A program made the position numbers and the translations under genes. Below the pieces are notes generated by a model. It was not told where the DNA came from. It did no database searches and was given only the letters and a program-made list of their open reading frames with translations. A stretch of 64,000 nucleotides of DNA from an uncultured Oscillospiraceae bacterium. Lineage in GTDB: Bacteria > Bacillota > Clostridia > Oscillospirales > Oscillospiraceae. Below are positions 47,345 through 57,600 of this stretch, in pieces. The DNA lies in contig CALWXR010000004.1 of the NCBI GenBank assembly GCA_944385535.1, positions 1,140-65,139 on the forward strand. Reading direction: 5' to 3'. How positions within the stretch are numbered: position 1 is the stretch's first letter; every line of letters starts with the position of its first letter.

Positions 47345-48484
47345 ATGTGCGTGAAAAAGGTTTTGTTTGTGGCCACGGTGGTCAAGACCCATATTATGGA
47401 ATTTCACATTCCCTATCTGAAAATGCTCCAGGACATGGGCTGGGAAACGGCGGTGGCGGCGAAGAACGATTATGAAGATCCCAAAGACTGCCGGATCCCT
47501 TACTGCGACCATTACTATGACATTCCCTTCGCCCGAATCCCTTGGAAGCCGGAAAACGTGACCGCTTACCGGATGCTGAAAACCATCATCCGTGAGGGGA
47601 ACTACGACCTGATCCACTGTCACACCCCGGTGGGGGCCATGATCGCCCGGCTGGCGGCTGCTTCCGCCCGGAAAGAGGGAACCAAGGTGATCTACACCGC
47701 CCATGGGTTCCACTTCTTCCGGGGCGCGCCGGTGATCAACTGGCTGATGTATTTTCCTGTGGAGTGGCTGCTGGCCCATCTGACCGATGTGCTGGTGACC
47801 ATCAACCAGGAGGATTACGCCTTCGCCCAAAAGCACATTCACGCAAAGCGCGTGGAATACGTACCCGGCGTGGGGGTGGATCGGGAGCGGTTTCAGGCCC
47901 CCGATTTTGACCGGGAGGAAAAACGCCGGGAGCTGGGACGAAACAATGGGGATTTTCTCATTCTCACCGTGGCGGAGATGACGAAAAACAAAAACCATTC
48001 CACGGTGCTCAAGGCCCTGGCGCTTCTGAAGGACAAGCCGGGATTTGAGAATATGTACTACCTGATCTGCGGCCGGGGGGAACAGAAGCAGGCGCTGGAA
48101 CAGGAAGCCGGGGATTTGGGCATCGGGGAACATGTGATCTTCCTGGGTTACCGGCAGGACGTGCCGGAGATTTGCCGGTGCAGCGATGTGTTTGCCTTTC
48201 TATCCTTCCGGGAGGGAATGCCGGTGGCCCTGATGGAGGCCATGTGCTGCGGACTTCCGGCGGTGTGCTCTCAGATCCGGGGCAATACCGATCTGATCGA
48301 TGATGGGATCAGCGGCCTGTTCGCGGAGAATACCCCTCAGGCAGTGGCGGAGGCCATTTGGATGCTGTACCGGGACCCGGAACTGAGAACCAGGCTGGGA
48401 AACGCCGCGAAAGAAAAGGTTGCCCAATTTGACGCGGAGCATGTCCACCAGCGAATGAGCGAAATTTACCGGAGCCTTGGGTAA
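47345..48484 (+). CDS. GT4 glycosyltransferase (EpsD-like)
   Basis: FHIPY, HCHTPVG, YTAHGFHF, REGMPVALMEAM. Confidence 0.9.
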   Translation: MCVKKVLFVATVVKTHIMEFHIPYLKMLQDMGWETAVAAKNDYEDPKDCRIPYCDHYYDIPFARIPWKPENVTAYRMLKTIIREGNYDLIHCHTPVGAMIARLAAASARKEGTKVIYTAHGFHFFRGAPVINWLMYFPVEWLLAHLTDVLVTINQEDYAFAQKHIHAKRVEYVPGVGVDRERFQAPDFDREEKRRELGRNNGDFLILTVAEMTKNKNHSTVLKALALLKDKPGFENMYYLICGRGEQKQALEQEAGDLGIGEHVIFLGYRQDVPEICRCSDVFAFLSFREGMPVALMEAMCCGLPAVCSQIRGNTDLIDDGISGLFAENTPQAVAEAIWMLYRDPELRTRLGNAAKEKVAQFDAEHVHQRMSEIYRSLG

Positions 48485-48497
48485 GGAGAGAAAAACC

Positions 48498-49469
48498 ATG
48501 AACGGAACACTGATCGTATCCCTGGATTTTGAACTGTTCTGGGGCATGCTGGATTGCTGCGCCTTGGAGGATTACCGGGATCATGTGCTGGGGGGCAGGC
48601 AGGCCATCCCGGAGCTGCTGAAGCTGTTTGAACAATATGGGATCCACGCCACCTGGGCCACGGTGGGCTTTCAGTTCGCGGAAGGCAGCCGGGAGGCGGC
48701 CGCCTATTTCCCGGAAAGCTCCCTGCGGCCAAGCTATGGGGACAAAGCCCTGGATCCCTATGGATGGTTCGAGAAAATCGGCGCCACAGAGGCGGAAGCC
48801 CCATGCTTTTTTGCCCCGGGGCTGATCCGGCAGATCGCCCGGGTTCCCGGTCAGGAGATTGGCAGTCATACCTTCTGCCACTACTACTGCCGGGAGAAGG
48901 GGCAGACCGTAGAACAATTTGCCGCGGATATGGCGGCGGCCAAGAGGATCGCCTCTGACCGGGGGTATGAGCTGACCTCGGTGGTGCTGCCCCGGAATCA
49001 GTGCAAAAAGGAATATACCGGGGTATTGGAGCAGCTGGGCTTTACCGCCTACCGGGATGAGGAAAACGACTGGATCCACAAGCGGATCAAATTCCGCCCG
49101 CTGCTGCGGCTGCTGCGGCTGGCGGATGTATATGTTCCCCTCACCGGCCAGGGGGGCTATATCCCCAAAAAGGAAGGCGGGATCTGGAACCTTACCGGTT
49201 CCCGGATGTATAAGCCGATCTTCCGGCCCCTGGAATTTCTGGAGGGCTGGAAGATACGCCGTATCAAAAAGCAGATGCTCCACGCGGCAAAGGAAGGGCT
49301 GACCTTCCACCTGTGGTGGCATCCCCACAACATCGGCGTGAGAACCCGGGAGCATCTAAAGCAGCTGGAGGATATTTTTTCCTATTATCAGCAGCTTCAG
49401 AAAACCTATGGCATGGAAAGCTTGAATATGAAAGAAGCGGTGGAGAAATACACCCGGACAGGAGCCTGA
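48498..49469 (+). CDS. CE4-like polysaccharide deacetylase
   Basis: SLDFELFWG, HATWATVG, EIGSHTFCH, LPRNQ, FHLWWHPHN. Confidence 0.82.
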   Translation: MNGTLIVSLDFELFWGMLDCCALEDYRDHVLGGRQAIPELLKLFEQYGIHATWATVGFQFAEGSREAAAYFPESSLRPSYGDKALDPYGWFEKIGATEAEAPCFFAPGLIRQIARVPGQEIGSHTFCHYYCREKGQTVEQFAADMAAAKRIASDRGYELTSVVLPRNQCKKEYTGVLEQLGFTAYRDEENDWIHKRIKFRPLLRLLRLADVYVPLTGQGGYIPKKEGGIWNLTGSRMYKPIFRPLEFLEGWKIRRIKKQMLHAAKEGLTFHLWWHPHNIGVRTREHLKQLEDIFSYYQQLQKTYGMESLNMKEAVEKYTRTGA

Positions 49470-49471
49470 GC

Positions 49472-50509
49472 ATGAAGGTATTGCACGTATTAAATTCCCG
49501 GGTTTATTCCGGCGCGGAAAAAGTGGTGAGCCAGATTATCCATTCCTTTGAAGAAACGGATGTGCGGATGGTCTATTGCAGTCCGGAAAGCGATATGGTC
49601 CGGGAAATGCTGGCCCGGCAGAATATCCGCTACCACAGCATCCCCAGCCTGACGCCCCAAAACCTGAAGGCGGTGATCCGGGAAGAGCAGCCGGATCTGA
49701 TCCATGCCCATGATATGCGGGCAGGCTTTGTGTCCGCCCTGTGCTGCGGAAGGATCCCGATGGTATCCCATATCCATAACAACGCCTTTGACGCCCGGGG
49801 CCTTTCGGTAAAATCCATCGCCTATCTGCTGGCGGGATGGAAGGCCAGGCACATTCTCTGGGTTTCCCAAAGCGCCTATGAAGGGTATGTATTTCACAAG
49901 CTGTTTGAAAAGAAAAGCAGCGTCCTTCGGAACATCATCGACGTTCGGGAGGTTCAGGAAAAGAAGGAACAGGATTCCAATACTTACCATTACGACCTGA
50001 TCTACGTCGGACGGCTGACCCAGGAAAAGAATCCCCAGCGGCTGATGAGGCTGTGCGCCCAAATGAAGCAGCGGCGGAAAAACCTGAAGGCGGCGGTTGT
50101 TGGCTCCGGGGAACTGGAAGGGGAGCTGAAGGCCCTTTGCCGGGAGCTGGACATTGTGGACAACGTGGACTTTTTGGGCTTTCAGAGCAATCCCATGAAG
50201 ATGATCCACGACAGCAAGGTGCTGATCCTCACCTCCTACTGGGAGGGCACCCCCATGTGCGTGCTGGAAGCCATGGCCCTGGGAACCCCGGTGGTGAGTA
50301 CCTCCTCCGATGGGATGCAGGATTTGATTACAAACGGGGTCAACGGGTATTTGAGCAATGAAGACCGGGAGCTGGCGGAGTATGTGCTGCGCATTGTGGA
50401 GGACGGGGATCTTCGCCGCCGTCTTTCCGCCAATGCCTTGAAAAGAGCCGCCGCCGACAATGACCCGGAGAACTATCAAAACGCCATTCGGGCAGTATAC
50501 CATATCTGA
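49472..50509 (+). CDS. GT4 glycosyltransferase
   Basis: SGAEKV, HAHD, YVGRL, WEGTPMCVLEAMALG. Start ATG 49472 behind GGAG. Confidence 0.88.
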   Translation: MKVLHVLNSRVYSGAEKVVSQIIHSFEETDVRMVYCSPESDMVREMLARQNIRYHSIPSLTPQNLKAVIREEQPDLIHAHDMRAGFVSALCCGRIPMVSHIHNNAFDARGLSVKSIAYLLAGWKARHILWVSQSAYEGYVFHKLFEKKSSVLRNIIDVREVQEKKEQDSNTYHYDLIYVGRLTQEKNPQRLMRLCAQMKQRRKNLKAAVVGSGELEGELKALCRELDIVDNVDFLGFQSNPMKMIHDSKVLILTSYWEGTPMCVLEAMALGTPVVSTSSDGMQDLITNGVNGYLSNEDRELAEYVLRIVEDGDLRRRLSANALKRAAADNDPENYQNAIRAVYHI

Positions 50510-50531
50510 CGATGGAGAAAGGGAGACGGCA

Positions 50532-51518
50532 ATGGAACAAGCTAAGATCTCGGTAGTGGTACCGGCCTACAATACTGCCCAATGGCTGCCCCGGTGCCTG
50601 GACAGCATTTTGGCCCAGACCTATGAGAATCTGGAAGTGATTGTAGTGGATGACGGGTCTGTGGACGATACCCCTCGGGTTTTGCGGGAGTATGCCCATC
50701 GGGACAGCAGGATCGTGCCCATTATTCAGAAAAACGGTGGTGAGACTGCCGCACGCTTGCGGGGCGTGGCAGAGGCGACTGGGGAATGGATCGGCTTTGT
50801 AGACAGCGATGATGAAATTGAGCCGGAGATGTATGAGCGGCTGCTGGGCAATGCCCTGAAGTATAACGCGGACATTTCCAACTGCGGTCACCAGATGGTT
50901 TACGCGGACGGAGAACGGGTTTACTACTACAACACCGGACTGCTGAAGGAACAGGAGCATTTCACCGCCTTGCGGGATCTGCTGGAAGAGAAGATCATGG
51001 AGCCGGGCGTTTGCAACAAGCTGTACAAAAGGCGGCTGTTTGAAGGCGTAGAGAAGCAGATGGACTATTCGATCAAGAATAACTGCGACCTTCTGCTTAA
51101 CTACTATCTGTTTACCAAATCCCAAAAAGCGGTTCTGGAGGACGTGTGCCCCTACCATTACCGGATCCTCCAAACCTCGGTGTCCAACCGGAAGAGCAAT
51201 CTCAACCGGATCTATGATCCAATTCAGGTCAAAAAGATCATTTTGGGGATCTGCCCGGAGGAACTGAAAGAGGATGTCCGCCGGGCTATGGTGGAAACCT
51301 GCCTATTTTCCTATGCCCAGCTGACCCGGGATATGAGCGGGGAATACCATATTCACCGGGAAAATGTGCGCAATGAGATCAAGGCGCAAAAACCATACCG
51401 GAAGCTGCTGCCTCTGCGCAGTGTGCTGTTGGTGTATATCATCAGCGACGCCCCTTGGATCTTCCATCTGGTATACGGCGTTTATTACCGCTTTAAGAAG
51501 AAAAAGCAGCTGTTCTGA
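50532..51518 (+). CDS. GT2 glycosyltransferase
   Basis: SVVVPAYN, VDDGSVD, FVDSDD, CNKLY. Confidence 0.9.
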   Translation: MEQAKISVVVPAYNTAQWLPRCLDSILAQTYENLEVIVVDDGSVDDTPRVLREYAHRDSRIVPIIQKNGGETAARLRGVAEATGEWIGFVDSDDEIEPEMYERLLGNALKYNADISNCGHQMVYADGERVYYYNTGLLKEQEHFTALRDLLEEKIMEPGVCNKLYKRRLFEGVEKQMDYSIKNNCDLLLNYYLFTKSQKAVLEDVCPYHYRILQTSVSNRKSNLNRIYDPIQVKKIILGICPEELKEDVRRAMVETCLFSYAQLTRDMSGEYHIHRENVRNEIKAQKPYRKLLPLRSVLLVYIISDAPWIFHLVYGVYYRFKKKKQLF

Positions 51519-51531
51519 AAGGGGAGACAGG

Positions 51532-52563
51532 ATGCGATTCAGTATTATTATTCCCGTCTACAACGTGGAAGCGTATATCCGCAAGTGCATGGAAACCGTG
51601 ATGAACCAAACCTTCCGGGACTATGAGGTGATCGTGGTGGATGACGAGTCCCCGGACAACAGCATGGCCATTGTGGAGGAATTCGCCCAGGCGTATCCCG
51701 GGATGATTCGCATGATCCACCAGAAGAACACCCGCCAGGGCGGCGCCCGGAACCGGGGAGTCGGAGAGGCACGGGGAGAATACCTGCTGTTTGTGGACAG
51801 CGACGACTATGTCAGCCCCTGCCTTTTGGAAACCGTGGACTGGCGGCTGAAGGAGACCCCCTGTGACATCCTGGTGTTCCGATATGCCCAGGTGACCCAA
51901 GGGGGAAAGCAGATTGCTTTGGAAACCTTAAGCAATTGGAAGCCCGGCGTCCACCGCCCGGAAGAGGACCGGTCTGTGGTGACCATGCCCAGTGCTCCCT
52001 GGAACAAAGCATACCGCCGGGCCTTTTATATGGAAAGCGGCGTCAGCTTCCCGGAAAAGCTTTTGTATGAGGACGCGGTGGGCCGGTGGCTGTATGCCAA
52101 GGCGCGGACCATTTCCTTCTGCCAGGACTGCCTGTATTACTACGTCCAAAGCCCCAATTCCTCCATGCGGCGGAAGAACTCGGAGAAGATGCTGGATATC
52201 CTGAAGGTTTCCGATATTATTTTGGAGGGCTTCCGGAAGGATGGCCTGTACCAGGCGTTTCAGACGGAACTGGAAGCCTCCCTGGTGGACACCGTTCTGT
52301 TTGTGCTGGAGCTGATCAACGCAAGCGAGCCGGACAGCCCGCTCCAGCGGCCGCTGGTGGACTATATCCGGGATCATTTCCCCGGGTACGCCGAAAACCC
52401 GCGGATCAGCCCGGAGATGAAAAAGGGATTGGATTGTCTCCTGGATTATGATTTTGCCAGATATCACAGCCGGTTTCTGAAGTGGAAACAGTTTAAGGAA
52501 TGGCTGGCGGGCAATCCGGTGATATCCCGACTCAATCAGTGGCGGAAACGGGGGCGTGTATGA
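51532..52563 (+). CDS. GT2 glycosyltransferase
   Basis: SIIIPVYNVE, VDDESPD, GGARN, FVDSDD, YED. Confidence 0.9.
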   Translation: MRFSIIIPVYNVEAYIRKCMETVMNQTFRDYEVIVVDDESPDNSMAIVEEFAQAYPGMIRMIHQKNTRQGGARNRGVGEARGEYLLFVDSDDYVSPCLLETVDWRLKETPCDILVFRYAQVTQGGKQIALETLSNWKPGVHRPEEDRSVVTMPSAPWNKAYRRAFYMESGVSFPEKLLYEDAVGRWLYAKARTISFCQDCLYYYVQSPNSSMRRKNSEKMLDILKVSDIILEGFRKDGLYQAFQTELEASLVDTVLFVLELINASEPDSPLQRPLVDYIRDHFPGYAENPRISPEMKKGLDCLLDYDFARYHSRFLKWKQFKEWLAGNPVISRLNQWRKRGRV

Positions 52564-53534
52564 GTAAGATCACGGTAATTGTCCCGGTATACCGGGTGGA
52601 GCCCTATTTGAAGCGATGCGTGGACAGCATTCTGGGCCAGACGGAGCAGGACATTCAGATCCTTTTGGTAGACGACGGCAGTCCTGACAACTGTGGAAAG
52701 ATCTGTGACGAATACGCCGCTCAGGACAGCCGGATTCATGTAATCCACCAGGAGAACGCCGGGCTTTCCGCCGCCAGAAATACCGGCATCCAATGGATGC
52801 TGGCCCATAGCCACAGCCAGTGGCTGACCTTTGTGGACAGCGACGACTGGCTGGAAAAAGACTGCCTGAAGGAGCTGTACCAGGCGGCAGAGCGGCTGGA
52901 ATGCCTGCTCAGCGCCTGCGGGCTTTACCGGACCCGGGGAGAGTCTCTGAAAGAACAGGCGGAGCCGGCGGTGCTGTGCCAGTCCGCGGACGAGTACTAT
53001 TGCCGCAATGATTTTGAGGGGGCCTCTTCCTCAGTGGCCTGGGGGAAGCTGTACCACCGCTCCCTGTTTGAACATCTGCGATTCCCGGTGGGGAAGTATC
53101 ATGAAGATGAGTTTACCACCTACCGGGCGGTCTATCAGGCGGGCCGGGTGGCGGTAACGGATGCCCGACTGTACGCCTATTTTCAGAACGATTCCGGCAT
53201 CACCGGCGGGGCCTGGAAGCCGAAACGGCTGGATGTTTTGGAAGCCTTTGCACAGCAAATGGCCTTTGCCCGGGAAACGGGCAATGAACGGCTTTTGTCC
53301 TGCGTCCGGGAACGGTATCTGTGGAGCCTTTTGGAGCACCTGAAACAGGCAGAGGCTGACCCGGCCTATAAAACCTACGCAAAGCCCTTGCGGAAACAGC
53401 TGCGGCAGGGGATGACGGAAAGCGGCATTGCCTTCAATCGGGAGAATCTGGAATTTTACGAAGCGGCCTACCCGGTCAAGCCTGTGTGGGGTCTGGCCCA
53501 TTGGGTTTACGACCGGATCCGAAAAAAGACATAA
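52560..53534 (+). CDS. GT2 glycosyltransferase
   Basis: TVIVPVYRVE, VDDGSPD, GLSAARN, FVDSDD, GKYHEDEF. Confidence 0.9.
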   Translation: MSKITVIVPVYRVEPYLKRCVDSILGQTEQDIQILLVDDGSPDNCGKICDEYAAQDSRIHVIHQENAGLSAARNTGIQWMLAHSHSQWLTFVDSDDWLEKDCLKELYQAAERLECLLSACGLYRTRGESLKEQAEPAVLCQSADEYYCRNDFEGASSSVAWGKLYHRSLFEHLRFPVGKYHEDEFTTYRAVYQAGRVAVTDARLYAYFQNDSGITGGAWKPKRLDVLEAFAQQMAFARETGNERLLSCVRERYLWSLLEHLKQAEADPAYKTYAKPLRKQLRQGMTESGIAFNRENLEFYEAAYPVKPVWGLAHWVYDRIRKKT

Positions 53535-53552
53535 GGAAAGGGAAGGTGGGCA

Positions 53553-54533
53553 ATGAATCAAACCATCTCGGTGATTGTGCCGGTTTACAATGTGGCGGCC
53601 TACCTGAGCCAATGCGTAGAAAGCATTCTCAGCCAGGAGGATTCACAGCTGGAAGTGATCCTGATCGACGACGGCTCCACCGATGATTCCGGCGCCATCT
53701 GTGACCGGTACGCCCGGCAGGACAGCCGGGTTCAGGTGATCCATCAGAAAAACGGCGGCGCCGCGGCGGCAAAAAACGCGGGACTGCGGGCGGCTTCCGG
53801 GGAATACCTGGCCTTTGTGGACAGCGATGATTATCTTTCTCCCGGGGCCTACCGACATATGCGCTCCCTGCTGGAGAGTGAGCAGGCGGATGTGGTGCAG
53901 TGCGCCTTTCGGAATGTATACACCACCCGGCAGGAAGATCAAATCGTGAAGCCGGGCCGACATACCTATGACCCGGCGGAATATCTGAAGCTGTTTGTTA
54001 CCGATGATTGGACATGCAGCCTGCTGTGGGACAAGCTGTACCGGCGGAAGCTGTTTGAGGGGATCTTCTTTGAAGAGGGTCATAAGATCGATGATGAATA
54101 CTTTGTCTATCAGGGCATTATGAACGCCGGGAAGATCATCTGTGATGACCGGATCGTATATCATTACCGTCAGCGAGCTTCCAGCGTGATGCAGTCCCCC
54201 AAGGCGAAGCGGCAGATCGTTCTGGATCGGATCGATTATCTGACCAAACGGCGAAAGGCGGTTTCCGCCCGATTCCCTCAGCTGAAAAAAGCCTTCGACC
54301 GCCATTACACAAGTTATCTTATCTACCTGTCCCGGGACCCCGGGAACACGGCGGAAAGCCTTGGCCTGATTCAGCGGAGGCTGAACGACTACCTCCGGGA
54401 GGAAGGCAGCACGCCCGCCAAGCTCCATCACCGGCCGGTCCTCTGGCTGATCCGCAGCCTGCCGCCCCAAAGACTGCTGAAGCTGGTTAGAAAAGACCGG
54501 CACTCGGCAGATGCCGGGGAATTGTTCCCCTGA
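53553..54533 (+). CDS. GT2 glycosyltransferase
   Basis: SVIVPVYNV, IDDGSTD, FVDSDD, WDKLY, IDDEYF. Confidence 0.9.
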   Translation: MNQTISVIVPVYNVAAYLSQCVESILSQEDSQLEVILIDDGSTDDSGAICDRYARQDSRVQVIHQKNGGAAAAKNAGLRAASGEYLAFVDSDDYLSPGAYRHMRSLLESEQADVVQCAFRNVYTTRQEDQIVKPGRHTYDPAEYLKLFVTDDWTCSLLWDKLYRRKLFEGIFFEEGHKIDDEYFVYQGIMNAGKIICDDRIVYHYRQRASSVMQSPKAKRQIVLDRIDYLTKRRKAVSARFPQLKKAFDRHYTSYLIYLSRDPGNTAESLGLIQRRLNDYLREEGSTPAKLHHRPVLWLIRSLPPQRLLKLVRKDRHSADAGELFP

Positions 54534-54543
54534 CCATACTTTG

Positions 54544-54573
54544 AATCCCTCCGAACCTTCGGAGGGATTTTCT
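54544..54573 (+). terminator. Intrinsic terminator ending the glycan locus
   Basis: AATCCCTCCGAA-cc-TTCGGAGGGATT followed by TTCTT. Confidence 0.8.
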
Positions 54574-54595
54574 TGTGGGGAAACAAAAGAAATCC

Positions 54596-54624
54596 TTGCA
54601 TTTGCTTACCTTTTCGAATATAAT
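54596..54624 (+). promoter_or_regulatory. Sigma-A promoter for the smc-ftsY operon
   Basis: TTGCAT-17 nt-TATAAT. Confidence 0.75.
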
Positions 54625-54661
54625 AAAATGAATTATCATCATTTTCACAAGAGGTTGTCAC

Positions 54662-57600
54662 GTGAATTTAAAATCATTGGAATTACAGGGATTTAAGTCC
54701 TTCCCGGATAAGACGCTGATTCGATTCGGCGATGATATCACCGCTATCGTGGGCCCCAACGGTTCCGGCAAGTCGAATATTTCCGACGCTATTTTGTGGG
54801 TCATGGGCGAGCAGAGCACCAAGACCCTTCGGGGCGCCAAGATGGAGGACGTGATTTTCGGCGGCACCCAGAAGCGTTCCGCCGTGGGCTTCGCGGAAGC
54901 CACCCTGACATTGGACAATTCTGACCGGGCGCTTCCCTATGATGCGGACGAGGTCATGATTACCCGCCGGTTCTACCGCTCCGGCGACAGTGAATTCTAT
55001 ATTAACAAGCAGTCCGCCCGCCTGCGGGACATCCATGAACTGTTTATGGACACCGGCTTGGGCCGGGAGGGCTATTCCAACATCGGCCAGGGTCGAATTG
55101 ACGAGATCCTGTCCTTAAAAAGCGGCGACCGCCGGGAGATCTTCGAAGAGGCGGCGGGCATCTCCAAATACCGCCACCGGAAAGAGGAAACCGAGCGGAA
55201 GCTGGAGCATACCGAGGATAATCTTTTGCGCATCGGCGACAAGGTTTCGGAACTGGAATTGCAGCTGGAGCCTTTGAAGGTTCAATCTGAGAAGGCGAAA
55301 AAGTATCTGGAGCTGAAGGATGAACTGAAGGGTGTGGAAGTGGCCGTTTGGCTGGATACCCTGGATAAGCTGTCCGCCGCCGCCAAGAAGGCCGAGGAAG
55401 ATTACGCTTCCGCCTCTTTCGTCTTGCAGCAGGCCCATGAGGATCTGGACGCCCTCTACCGCCAGGCGGAGGAACTGGGGAAGTCTCTGCGCGGCCGGGA
55501 CGAAGAGCTGGAGACTGTGCGGCTGAAGGTGAATATGCTCACCAGCACCCACCAGCAGCTGGACGGCCAGATGGCGGTGCTTCGGGGCAATGTGGAAAAC
55601 AATAACCAAAACATCGACCGGATTGAAGAGGAACTGAAGGGGGAAGAGGATCGCTCCGGCGGAATCGTCACCCAGATCCGGCAGACGGAAGCCCGAGTGG
55701 AGGAAATCGAGACCGCCCTGACCCAGAAGCGGCAGGCGCTGGATCAGCTGCAGCAGCAGTTGGCGGCTATGACCGCCAATGCCCAGGGGCTGACCAAACA
55801 GTTTTTGCAGCTGCGCAGCGAGGAATCCTCCCTGGCGGCGGACATTGCCGGCCGTCAGGCGGACGTCCGGGGTCTGGAAGAAAGCATGGTTCAGACCCGG
55901 GAGCGGCTGGAACAGCTGAGCAGCGACCTTTCCTCCGGGGCGGCCCGGCATCACGAGGCCCAGACCAATCTGGACAACTGCAGCAGTCAGCTGCAAAAGG
56001 CCCAGGAGGAGGTCACTGCGGCGAACAATACCATTTCCGGCTATACCCTCCGGGCCAACAACCGGATCAAGCGTCGGGACGAGCTGCAGCAGAAGCAGCG
56101 GGAACTGAATCAAAAGCTGGATTCCGTTGCTGCCAAAGCAAAGGTGTTCCGGGCCATGGAACGGGACTTTGAAAGCTATAATAAAGCGGTGCGAATGGTG
56201 ATGCAGGAGGCCCAGCGGGGCGCCCTGCGGAATGTCCATGGGCCGGTGTCCCGGCTGATCCGCACGGAGGACAGCTATACCGTAGCCATTGAGATTGCCC
56301 TGGGGGCCGCCATGCAGCAGATTGTGGTGGGCAGCGAAGCTGACGGCAAGGCCGCCATTTCTTACCTTAAGCGCATCGGCGGAGGCCGGGCCACTTTCCT
56401 GCCCATGAGCAGCATTCAGGGAAGGTCTTTGCAGGAGACGGGACTGGAAGCCTGTCGGGGATTTGTGGGAATCGCCTCCCAGCTGGTGACCGCCGAACAG
56501 CAATATCGGGGCATTGTGGACAATCTGCTGGCCAGGACGGTGATCGTATCCGACATGGACGCTGCCATTGCCATGGCTCAGAAGTACCGTAATCGCTTTA
56601 AGATCGTCACCCTGGACGGCCAGGTTATGAACCCCGGCGGCTCCATGACCGGCGGTTCTGTGAATAAGGATGCGGGCATTCTGTCCCGGGCCAACGAGCT
56701 GGAAAAGCTCACTGCCCAGGAAAAGCAGCTGCAGCAGGACAAGCTGGTTTGCCAGGCGGAATTGCAGGAGGCCCAGCGGCAGTGCGACCAGGTGGAATTC
56801 CAGATCAGCGCCGCCCGGGATCAGCTTCGGGAGGCGGAGGATCAGGTTCTCCGGCTCCAGGGCCAGCAGAAGCAGTACGAGGTTCTCCTGGAGGCCATTG
56901 TGGAGGCGGAGAATTCCGCCCGCCGGGAGCGGGACGCCCTGAACCAGCGGGATCGCTCGGATCGGGAGCGTTATACCGCCCAGCAGGCCAAGATTCAGGT
57001 GTACACCCGGCAGCTGGCCGATATCCGGGAGAAGCTTACCCAGCTGGAGGGAAGCCAGAGCGAGGCGTCGGAAGCCACCGCCGCCATCACCGAGCAGGCA
57101 ATGGGTTTGAAAACCGAGGAAGCGGCCCTGGAAGCGGAGCGCTCCACCGCCCTTGCCCACATGGAGGATCTGAAAAACCTCCGGGCCGCTATGGCCGGGG
57201 ATCGGGAAAAGAAGATCGCCCTGAAGGACGCCATTTCCCAGGATAATATCCGCCTGGCGGGGGAAATCGCCGACCTGGAAAAGCGGCGGCAGGAAAACGA
57301 ACAGGAAACCGGGATCATGAAGGGCCAGATGGATGAAGTTCTGGCCCGTCGGGCAGAGGCGGAGGCCGGCAAGACCCGGGCGGAGCGGGAGGCCCAGGAG
57401 AAGAACAAGGATATTTTGAATATGGAGCGGGCCTGCGCTCTGCTGGAGCAGAAGAAAGTGACCTCCGGCATGGAAGAGCGGCAGATCATTGATAAATTGT
57501 GGGACTCCTACGGCCTGACCCCCGGCACCGCCGGAGAGCACCGGGGCGAAATTGAAAACGTGGCCGCGGGCAACCGGCGCGCTTCCGAGCTGAAGCGGAA

